Source: Antedon mediterranea (Eukaryota; Animalia; Echinodermata). Taken from it: a DNA stretch of 64,000 bases. The position numbers were made by a program, and so were the translations under genes. The notes under the pieces were generated by a model, which was given only the letters and a program-made list of their open reading frames with translations, was not told where the DNA came from and did no database searches. Numbering within the stretch: the stretch's first letter is position 1; every line of letters begins with the position of its first letter. Of the stretch, positions 14,601 through 26,600 are shown piece by piece. The stretch spans positions 5,828,001 to 5,892,000 of the forward strand of contig NC_092674.1 in the NCBI RefSeq assembly GCF_964355755.1, written 5' to 3'.

Positions 14601-17600
14601 TTTGTGACACGTTTGACCTGATAATGAAGCTCCGCCTACTTCACAATAACCTGGGTGACAAAAACATAAATGGCCAATCATAATTCGGAAAATTTGCTTG
14701 ATTATGAGAGGCTCCGCCTACATCATCACTTGTTATGGCCACAGCAGCGCGCGAGTGGTATTTTTGCTGATGTTGCCAAGACATATGTCTTTTATGCTGG
14801 AGTTATTTTTATGAGGTCATTTCGTCCCAATTTCGAGTTCCCACAACCTACTAGCCATCCGGGCTTAAAGGAAGATACTTTAGGTAGCCCGGAGCTGTTT
14901 TTACTAGCCATTGTACGCCGGGCTAGCACTAAATCGAGCCCTGAACACTGAGCCTAATTGTACAAAGAGAATTAATAGGCAAGGTTAACACTATTTGACT
15001 TAACCTGTGAGTAGGTATTACGCTTAAACTTATTCCTGGTTAAATGCTCAAATATTATACTTTATTGGATGGGTTACAAGGAACTTGGAAATTGTCAATA
15101 AATGGAAGTACATTATCACAAAGGGCAAGTCAGCACTGGAGGAAGGTAGTGATCTGCAACACTATTCATAAGCAGATCCAAGAAAAACCCAGTCATCCCT
15201 TGATACACAAGAGATTTTAAAGAATCATATTTCAAAATCCTGGATTATGAAAAATTATTTATAAAACTATCTATTTTTGTTACCTGTGATGGATACTTAG
15301 ATGGATCAACTCCAGAGCTGCTATCATTCTTGTAAGCCTGTAAACATTCAAGAAGTAACTTCTGTAATGTGGCAGTCATTTCAACCGCCAACCTTCCAAG
15401 CCAAATCTAAGGAATACAAAAATATAGCAAACAGTAATAGTAATAAGCTCTGTCTACACTATCAAACTAGTTTGACAAAAAAGGGTGATGTTCCCAAATA
15501 TGGTAGTGATATGCCCAAACATGGTAGTGATATGACATCATCATGTCCATATATGGGCACATCACATTATTATTTTTCTAGAAAGAAATAGCAAACAACA
15601 AGCTTATGGAATATCACTGTCTGATGACATGTTTCAAAAAGAGAAGAGATTATGGAATTTGAAAGTCTGTTGAACAAGAAGACAATCAAAGCTGACAAGA
15701 TATCAAAGACAGGAGGGAAACGACCTGCAAGATCAGAAGTTGATAATAATGATGATGAAAAAGATATAAAATGTAAAATAATCTTACCTCAACCTCTGGT
15801 ATGATCTCAACCGGTTTCAGCAATGGTACAACTTCTCCTTCTAGTGATTTCATTGTCAAAATGTGTTTACATCCTTCATCAAAGTCTACACTATGGATTC
15901 CAGCAAAGAGTTTCTTCAGGTGAGACTGAATGACTGTGGGGTTTGTTGACTGACCCAATATCTCAAGAAGGTCGTCGTCTCCGATGAAGTAGAAACGCGG
16001 AAATACTGAACGTTTCTCCTGCAATTCAAATGATAGAAACCGTCACGAAGGTATTTACCATCAAATTTCGTATTTTTTTACCATTGGTTTGATATAAAGA
16101 ATTGTATACACAAGTAAAGTTGTTGTTTATGTCTATATAATGTCATGCTGTGGTGTCACCATATAAAGAGTACAGATACTATGTGTTCTAAATGGTCAAT
16201 GAGTTGCCTACCTCTAAGTATTCATTTAATGCCTTCTGACATCTCTGCAACTGATCCAGCTCGGTTACCAGGGTATTTCTCAAACCTGGTCGTGCCACAA
16301 ACGACAATAAACGGTTGTCACGGGTAACATCCATCATTATGCTCCTACAATAGTAAAAACCAGTAAATCTAATTTTTGCAATTATTAAAAATAAATTACA
16401 AAAAAGGCCTTGAACTAGAAGTGTACTCTGTCCCAGAGATCTGTAGTGACATATTATCTTGAATCCTGCTTTCGATGCTAAGTAGAATAAAGGTAAATTA
16501 TTGTCTGTAGTGTAACTAAGTGAAAAAAAATAAAAATTAAAATATGCTATAAATACCTGAAGTCTTCGTCAACCCTTCTGAACCTTCCTTGTTCCTTCGG
16601 CAATGCACCTCTGCCAAAGATCGGCACCAGATACACCCACTTACGCTGCACCTGATTCAGGTTGTGAAGATACTCATCCAGATCTGCCAACCTCTGCTCC
16701 CAAAGTGTTGCCTTATCCAGGAATCCCTTGTAGTATGGTGAGTCTTTAAGGGACTGTAATAGACTCTGGTTGTCCCCAACCTGATAAATGCATTGAATGA
16801 AGCTGTATGTTCAATATTATTACCTTGTTTCATGAGAAATACCGGCATAGCTTTCTCTTATGAAATAATATATACTACAGTAAGGTACTAATTTAATATC
16901 TATTTAATAGTAATCATAATTCTATACCTGTGTGACAAGGTCTTTCCAATCTTTGATGAGCTTGATGGTTGCATTTTGACTGTCAGAGTAGTCAGTCAGA
17001 TAAAAGACAGCTGCAGCACCCCAAAGTTCAAGTTCTCTCAACGCCTCACGAATTGACACCTCACCTTGGGCTCGATTGAACAGCTCCTACAAATGATTAT
17101 TATTACAATTATATAATTATAAAACAATTATCTGCTTTATGTATTACACTACACCCTGTGAAAGATTAAACAATGAAAAAAAAAATGAAAAAAAGTCTAA
17201 CCTTTAGTTCATTTCCATTGGCAACAATTTCATTGGATGCATTGAGAACATGTCCAAAGGTAAGTTTCTCAAGAGTGGTATCCCGAGGCATCTTTAACAT
17301 ACGGAACATCTCCAGCCAGTGGTCCTGGGAAAGTACTTCACCACGAACATACTTCAATAATGGTATCACATGCTGTAAGAAATCAAATCAATTATAATAC
17401 ATGTTGAAGGATAATACAAGATGATAAAGAATGCAGCAATGCAGAAAATATTGTGGGAGATTCACACTGTATTTCGTAAAAGAGGATTGCTTAAGCTCTC
17501 TCTACACTATCTAACTATTATGACAACAAAACTGTGATGTGTCCAAATATGGTAGTAATATACTCAAATATGGTAGTGATATGACGTCATCATGTCCATA

Positions 17601-20600
17601 TATGGGCACATCACATTTTTTTGTCACATAAAGTTTGATAGTGTAGACGTAGATGTCATCATATAGCAGAATTGACATCATCAAACACCATATAAACCAG
17701 GTACCTAACACAGTGTCGAAGCTCAGTTTAGTCAATGGCACCAGATGCCACTGCTCTTCTGTCCTACTTACCCTGTATTTCTCAATGTCTTTATTGAGTC
17801 TGACTGACATGAGGCTAACATCTCCTTCTGTATCTCCATCTCTGAGCCTCTCTGCCCATTGGCCTAAGAAGTCTTCAAAATGGTATGTTTTGGATCTGCC
17901 AAAAAATAATTATTCAAGTATATAATTTAACTCAGCATCGACTAAAACTTTACAATTCTGTAGTATATCACCTTTTAAATAACAATAATTCAAATTCATA
18001 TAATTTTTTACCAAAAAGGCTTACCTAAATGTCACCCAGTCTTCTTTGGCCAACTCATTAAGCCCAGTGCTAAACTCCTCATACAGACCCCACATCCCCT
18101 CATGTATTTTGATATCATCTTGAAGCTCATTGGCAAGTTCAAATTCAGGATTTGGAAGATCAAAATGCTTGCAGTCAAACCTGAAATATTAAATATTAAA
18201 ATCTAAATATGAAAAATGTTAATGATTGATTTGTATAAAGATTCGAATTAGTGTATTATTATTTCAAATAATATACCCCAATAATCTAATACAATATAAA
18301 TATATTATATCATAACTAAACCATACTAAAAAAAAATAACTAGGAAAAAAAACAAGAGAATGGATTTAGCATAACAATATAAACAATTCATATATATTAA
18401 TGTCAGATACTGATAAAAGTGGTCTTAAGAATCTTATTATCATCATCAGAATTATTATTATCATCATCATTATTATTCAATTATCAAATTGAAGAGAATT
18501 TTTTTTATTTCAGTAGTATTGAGTTTTCATTAAAATTTATATTACATAACTAAGTTATAATTGTCAACAATGAAGGCATTTCTGTTTCCAAACTATAATT
18601 ATAATGTCAACTGCATTAGGATACGATGTATCATATCATGTAACATATAATTATGTATATAACTAAATTACTAAAATAATAACAAGTTTCTTACCAACCA
18701 ATTAAAATTCACTTTATTTAAATACTAGAAAGACTAATAATATTAAAAACCGTTAATAAACCATCATCATTGAAGACATCCATAAGAACAGAATGACTGG
18801 TCACTGTATGTCAGAGCAAGAAAGTTTGGAAGCACTTAAACCATAAGAGTAATAAACCTCTCATAAAAAAAGGAACCAGAAAGAATGAGTTTGGAAGATT
18901 AAATCTCTCTTAAAACAAGGAAGGAACTATTTTGGAAGAATTTAAATTAGAAGATTAAATCTCTCTTGAAACAGCAGAAGAACCTGAAGGAACTACAGGT
19001 AGTTTGCGGGAACTTTAATAAAAAAATTAAATCTCTCTTAAAACAGCAGAAGAACCTGAAGGAACTACAGGTAGTTTGCGGGAACTTTAATAAAAAAATT
19101 AAATCTCTCTTGAAACAGCAGAAGAACCTGAAGGAACTACAGGTAGTTTGCGGGAACTTTAATAAAAAAATTAAATCTCTCTTAAAACAGCAGAAGAACC
19201 TGAAGGAATTAGTTTGGAAGAACTTAAATCAGAAAATTAAGTCTCTCTTAAAACAGCAAACGAATCTGAAGAAACTAGTTTGGAAGAACTTAAACCAGAA
19301 GAATAAATATCTCTTAAAACAGCAAACAATCTAAAGGAACTGGTTTGGAAGAACTTAAATCTAGATTAAATCTCTCTTAAAACAGCAAACAAAACTGAAG
19401 GAACTAGTTTAGAAGAACTTAAATCAAGATTAAACCTCTCTTAAAACAGCAGAAGAATCTGAAAGAACTAGTTTGGTAGAACCTAAACCAAAAGAATAAA
19501 TCTCTCTTAAAACAGCAAACAAATCTGAAGGAACTAGTTTGGAAAACTGAAATCAAGATTTAACCTCTTTTAAAACAACAGAAGAATCTGAAGGAACTAG
19601 TTACCAACTTAACTTAAATCAGAAGATTAAATCTCTCTTAAAACAGCAAAAGACCCAAAGGAACTAGTTTGAAAGAACTTAATTCAAGATTTAACCTCTT
19701 TTAAAACAGCAGAAGAACCTGAAGGAACTGACTGGCTAGAAAGAACTAGTTTGAACGAACTTAACTTAAATCAGAAGATTAAATCTCTCTTAAAAAAGCA
19801 AAAGAACCCAAAGGAACTAGTTTGGAAGCAGATTGAAATTATTGGAACTAACAGTTCACAAAAGTGCATTTTAGCATCCTACTTTCATATTGTGACAAGA
19901 ACTTAAAAGGCACCAAACAAAATGAACAGCACAGACGGAGACAGATTAATTGAAAATAATAATAAATCCATGACATTACTTGTCATTGTATTACTGTTAT
20001 CAATTATATCAATAATTACTAATATAATAGTAATAATTACATTTGTTTTAACTAAAAAATTATGGAAGAAACAAAATGTGTTTATAGTATCTCTTGCATT
20101 GTCTGATATAGTTACAAGTGCTATCATAACTGTCAGTGTTATTGCAGATTTTAATAGAACACATGGTGTAGGCTTTCATTATTCTAAAATATCTAACTTT
20201 GATACATTTACTTTACTTTATGCTACAACAACCACTTCTATCCTTACATTTACTGCCATCGCAGTAGATCGTTACATAGCCCTTGTTTGGGCACCGTTTA
20301 ATTACAACACAATCGTAACACCTAAACGATGCATCATTGCATGTATCCTAATCTGGTCTATTCCAATTGTTTGTTACTTTGGGTCAGAAAACATACAAAT
20401 AAATGCACAAGTACATGCACAAATACATGCAAAAATACATGCAATAATATATACAAGCTGCTTTTTTCTACTTCTTTGTTTTACATGTTACCTTTATCTT
20501 AACATTTATCAGAGTTTGAGCCATCAGAATTCAGCTGTGATTCAACAAAACGCAGAGGAAATTGAACGTTCTAAAAAACTTGTCAAAACATTCTTAACTA

Positions 20601-23600
20601 TAATTGGAGTATTTATCATTTGTATGTTCCCAACTTTCTGCTATTCAGTTACGTATGCTGTTGGAATTTATACAGAACTGAATACAGATAATTCAACCAA
20701 TACTTATTATGTCTCAATGCTTGCTACTTTAAACTTTCTGGCTAATCCTATTATATACTGGTGGAGATTGAGAGAATTTCGTTTGGCAATTCTTAGACAT
20801 ATCCCTTATTTAAAGAGGCACAGACCAAATAGCATAGCTCCTATCAACTGAACAAACATTTAGGACAGAAAAAGGATTAGGATACAAAAATAGATTAATT
20901 TAAAGCTACTTTTAACTATGATTTTAACTAAGGAAGAATTTAGGACAGAATTTAGGACAGAAAAGGGATTAGGATACAAAAATAGATTAATTTAAAGCTA
21001 CTTTTAACTATGGTTTTAACTAAGTAAGAATTTAGGACAGAATTTAGGACAGAAAAAGGATTAGGATACAAAAATAGATTAATTTAAAGCTACTTTTAAC
21101 TATGGTTTTAACTAAGTAAGAATTTAGGACAGAATTTTAGGACAGAAAAAGGATTAGGATACAAAAATAGATTAATTTAAAGCTACTTTTAACTATGATT
21201 TTAACTAAGTAAGAATTTAGGACAGAATTTAGGACAGAAAAAGGATTAGGATACAAAAATAGATTAATTTAAAGCTACTTTTAACTATGGTTTTAAGTAA
21301 GTAAGAATTTAGGACAGAATTTACTGGACAGAAAAAGGATTAGCATACAAAAATAGATTAATTTAAAGCTACTTTTAACTATGGCTTAAGTAAGAATCAA
21401 TGTATTTGTATTTTTGTATTTTATCTGTACTATATTTTAACTTAACCAAACAATTTAAAACCACATGTTTGACTGGAAAATAATAATGAAATAGAATTAT
21501 GGTCCTCAGTTTTTTCCACAGAAGCAAAATTTACCGGAATAAATTAATTCTTCTGGACAGTAAGAAAATATAACCTAACAATTGGAGGCTATATTTTGTC
21601 AAAATCTATAAAGTTCAATATGTTTTGACACTTTTTAAAAATCTAGATTTAGAGTTGACTAAATTAGAAATTATCATCTGCATGTCACTGTTGTAACTGA
21701 TTAATTCAATTTTAATATAAATAAGACTGAATACAAATTATTGCAAATTGTGTTAAAAATGTGTAGTTAGATAATATTACAGTAATAATTGCAAATTGTG
21801 TTAGAAATGGCTGTTAGATTAAATAAGTAAATATTAAACTTCAATCAAAAATATCAATGGATATAATTTAATATAATATCTCATCTCTTTTAATGAACTG
21901 AATAACAGAAGTGTGTCAGGGACTTACCACAACATTGAATTACAGTTGGAAAACTGAAACGCATAGGAGTACTTTTCTGAAAGATGGCTCTGAAAATCCC
22001 ACGCATATTAACATAAAGGTTTTAAAGCAGAGTATCATAAATCAACCAGAAGGAACTTGTGTGAAAGAAGATATCAAATATCCCATAAACAAATCGGCCT
22101 TAAACCAGCATAAAGAACCAGATGAAACTAGTGTGAAAGCAGACACAATCTGCTAAGATTAAATCGTGCTTAAACCTGTATACTGGAAGGAACTAGCAGG
22201 AAGCAGGTGAGACAAGAAATAGTAAATCTCTCTTAAAATAGCATAAAGAACCAGAAGGAACTAGTGTGAAATAAGACAAAATCTGCTAAGATTAAATCTC
22301 TCTTAAACCTGTATACTGGAAGGAACTAGCAGGAAGCAAGTGAGACAAGAAATAGTAAATCTCTCTTAAAATAGCATAAAGAACCAGAAGGGACTAGTGT
22401 GAAAGCAGATAAAGTATGCCACAAAATCTGTCTTAAACCAGCATAAAGAACCAGATGGAACTAGTGTGAAAGCAGACACAATCTGCTAAGATTAAATCGC
22501 TCTTAAACCTGTATACTGGAAGGGACTAGCAGAAAGCAGGTGAGACAAGAAATAGTAAATCTCTCTTAAAACACCATGAAAGCAAAAAAAAAACCAGTAA
22601 TAATTAGATTGTACTGAGCACTTCATGGCAGATATTTTCAAGAAGTTGACAGAAGGAGTCTAAAGAAAATAAGAGGGACTTTTTTTTCAATTTGATTATA
22701 AATGTCCTATCACTATCTATTTTTACATTGACAATTTCTTATGCTTAACTTTACAAACGTTTTTAAGCATCATTGAAATGAATAGCATAGTAAGAAATGG
22801 TTCTTCACCAATTGAAAGGATTGATATACCAATAACACTAGTTGTAGTTGTATTGTTTTTAGCAATAATTTCAGTGATTACTAATATAATAGTTATAATC
22901 ACTGTTTTTTCAATTAAAAGATTATGGAAGAAACAGAATGTGTTTATCATATCTCTTGCGTTGACTGATGTGGTATCAAGTGCTGCATTGATCGCTACTA
23001 CTATAGTTGATTTAACTATAACATATGATCTACAAATATCATCAAAACTTCCTTATTTAAATACTTTGTACATATCTCTGGCCACTACATCTATGTGTAT
23101 GTTTGCTGCCATCGCAGTAGATCGTTCCATAGCCCTTGTTTGGGCACCGTTCAATTACGACACAATTGTAACACCTAAACGATACATCATTGCATGTATC
23201 CTACTCTGGTTTATTCCAATTTTGTGTTACTTTTTGTCAGCAAAAACACAAATACAAGGAATAATATTTGCAACTTGCTTTTTGGTACTTCTTTGTTTTA
23301 CAAGTTATCTTTATTTTAACATACACCGATGTCTGTGCCATCAGAATTCAGCCGTGATTCAACAGAACGTGGAGGAAATTGAACGTTCTAAAAAACTTAT
23401 TAAAACATTTTTAATCGTAATTGGAGTATTTGTCATTTGTATGTTGCCATCTTTCTACATTTCTCTTATGTTTTCTGTTGGAATTTATACTGGATTTAAT
23501 ACAGAAGTTTTAAAACGATTGTATTATGTCGCAGTGCTTGCTCTATCAAACTCTCTGGCTAACCCTATTATTTACTGGTGGCGGTTGAGTGAATTTCGTT

Positions 23601-26600
23601 TGGCTATTCTTAGGCATATTCCTAATATACGAAGGCACAGAAGTCCTAATAGCATAGCTTCTTTTACCTAAAAACACTTAAAAAAAAACTGTTTTTTTAC
23701 TCAGAATATAAACAGTTGGTACCGACTGGAAAAATTCCATTAATGAAAAAAAATATTTTTCAACATTGCTTGACTGACAACACCGATTAATTCAAAGACG
23801 GATATTAAAACAACATGAATGTTTATGAGTTGAATAAGGAGACAATTTTCATGAATTAAAGATTGCCTTTTAACATGATGAAGTTGAGTAAAATAGTACA
23901 GTCCAGCTTTGAACTCATGTGGGTGGATAGAAAACAGAATAGATGATGAAGACTGGATTGTTTGTTTATCTATTGATTACATCATTGGTTTTATATTACA
24001 TACAGTAAGTTATTGTACACACTCCTGATGTTTTTGTATTCATACCAAAAATAGAAATTCTGTTACATGTGTCTTGTTACACATTGTGTTCTTCAATTAT
24101 ACTCATATATACAGTAAATTGATATAATTCAATTATCTATAACAAATTTAAAAAACACAAATTGTGTTATGAAACAACAGACAATTATTACAGTAATAAT
24201 TGTTTACCTGATAAATAGGAAATATAAAACTTCATTCATAAACATAATGAATATAACTTTTTATTTCTTCACAAATGAACTGAACAGAAGTCACTCAATA
24301 GAATGGCATTATATTGCAGGATAATAGAAACACAGTGCAGTACTTTTCCCAGGAAAAAAAACCAAAAAACTATAGTGTGAAAACAGGTAATAAACTATGC
24401 TACAACAAAACCTGTCTTAAACCACCATAGAGAACCAGATGAGACCGGTGTTAAAGCAGAAAAAATATGCTTTTCTAGGACAAAATCTGTCTTAAACAGC
24501 ATATGAACCAGACAGGACCGGTGTAAAAGCAGATAATCACCCTTAAACCTGTATACTGGAAGGAAGAACCAGACGGTGTGAAAGCAGATTAAATCAAATC
24601 TGTCTTAAAATTACAATAATAACAATTATAATCGACGTTGATTGTACTCTTTTTGGAAGAGACTTCCAATTTTGGAACATGAATTTTCAAGCAGTTTTGT
24701 TTTTCAAGTTTTCTTTATTTTAACATTTACCAGAGTTTGTGCCATCAGAATCCAGCTGTGATTTAACACAGAGGAAATTGAACGGTTGAAAAAACATTTG
24801 TCATAATAATAGGAGTATTTGTTATTTGTTTGTTCCCAATGTTTTACTATGCTTTTATGTTTGATGTTGGACTTTATACAGAATCTAATACATACACTTT
24901 AACTGTATTTTATTATGGATTATTGCTTGCTATTTTAAACCCTCTGGCTAACCCTATTATTTACTGGTTGAGGTTAGAAGAATTTTGTTTGGCCATCCTA
25001 AGACGTATCTCTATGAATCGTCTAGGTAATGAACTGAAACAGGTATATAGTTTACAATAATTTATTTATTTATTTTGGTATAAAAAATATAAAATACAGA
25101 GCGGCAGCTGGGCTAAAATGCTTGCATTACAAAATAAGACAAGACAGCTAACAATTACATATAAAAATACAAAACAGAATTTACAAAGTCCTTAATATTG
25201 CACAAAGCTAAGAATATTGATGTTTAGTATAAAAATAATGAATGTTCATTAATAGATGGTACAAATAATTTCATGACATGACTGATGATGAGATTCTAAA
25301 TGACTAGAATCAACTTAAGTGTATTATTGTACAAATGAATAGATTTTATTAGTTATGAAAATATGTAAGGTTAGTCAAAAATAGCAAATATGTAGGCTAA
25401 TGTATTAAAATCTCAGCCAAATACACCAGTTCATTGAGTAAGATAAAAATATAAAAGTCATGATAATATTAGTGAAAAAATAAAATGAAAACAACATACA
25501 CTAGACTTTCTCTCGTTTTTTCTAGTTCATCAAATTCAGCCCGTTTTTCTTTTACGACCTGCACTGCCTTCTTACATGCCTCTACGTCATTCTTCTCCAG
25601 AACGTCCTCGTTTGGTTTGAATTGATGCCAACGTGCCGAAAACTTCTCAAGTTCAGAAGAGAATGCCTTGACTCTCGACTCAACATTATTTTTCATGACA
25701 GAAATCTGATAAAAAATTAAAATAAATTGATTTCTTTAAAGTGAGTTTAAGCCAATTGGTACAGGCCAATATAACAACAGGATGATGAGCTCCGGTGAAT
25801 CAAAGAGTTCATCTGTGGTTGCGACCCGATCAGTACCATGCCTAAAAAACGCTTGACTGATTTTAGATTGGCCAATTGGTTTCCTCAAACATACACCGCG
25901 CAAATAGTACAATGCTGTAGCTGCAACTAGTATCAGTCAATCATAAGATCAAAGGACTGTTACAAGTTCCTATCTTGGCGAGGCGAGCTCAGCATCCATT
26001 TCTTTGATTGCCTTGGTTGATACTAATGACCTAGAATAATCTAAAAGAATGAAACCTCACCTGCTCTCTGACCATTAACTGATGACTTTCCATCATAAGT
26101 TCAAACTTGTCCCATTTTGCTTTCAGTTGCCCAAGCTGTTCTACTCCAGTAGCAGCCACAGACCGCAACAACCGGTTCTTAGTTTCTGCAATATCAAATT
26201 GTGGCTGGATCTGGAGAAAGTGAAACATATTCATAGAGTAAAAATAAATGTAATTTGAACTGTGTCTTTAATGTTATATATACATTATTTCTAGTCGGTC
26301 TCGTAAACAGGAATCTGGCAACTATCGTTCTCAAAAAGTTAAAGACAAAGAAATTTCACGCTAAGCTCCGCCCACTTTGTTAAAGCTCTTGAATAAATAA
26401 TGAGCACTGTCCTGTGGCTTCTCATCGTGTTTCGTAAAGCTATTGACCGGAACAACAACAAAATAAAGTAGTGAATTGGTGTTTTACTGTACAGTATATA
26501 CTTGCCTCCAACCTCAAGGTCCTGATTTCGCTCACGACTGCTTCTACTCCATTCCCCCAAGCCTCAAATAATTTACTATAGATTTGGATTTTTATAAAAA

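Noticed and set aside
3244-17925. Many short plus-strand ORFs overlapping dynein exons
   Set aside because: Antisense shadows of DYNC2H1 coding exons with no independent coding signal.
18966-19334. 122-aa Lys/Gln-rich ORF as a gene
   Set aside because: By-product of a 63-bp (multiple of 3) tandem repeat; it has a non-ATG start and neighbouring units contain stops and frameshifts.
18870-21390. Repeat arrays as CRISPR-like loci
   Set aside because: Units are contiguous with no unique spacers, the context is an animal intron, and no cas genes are present.
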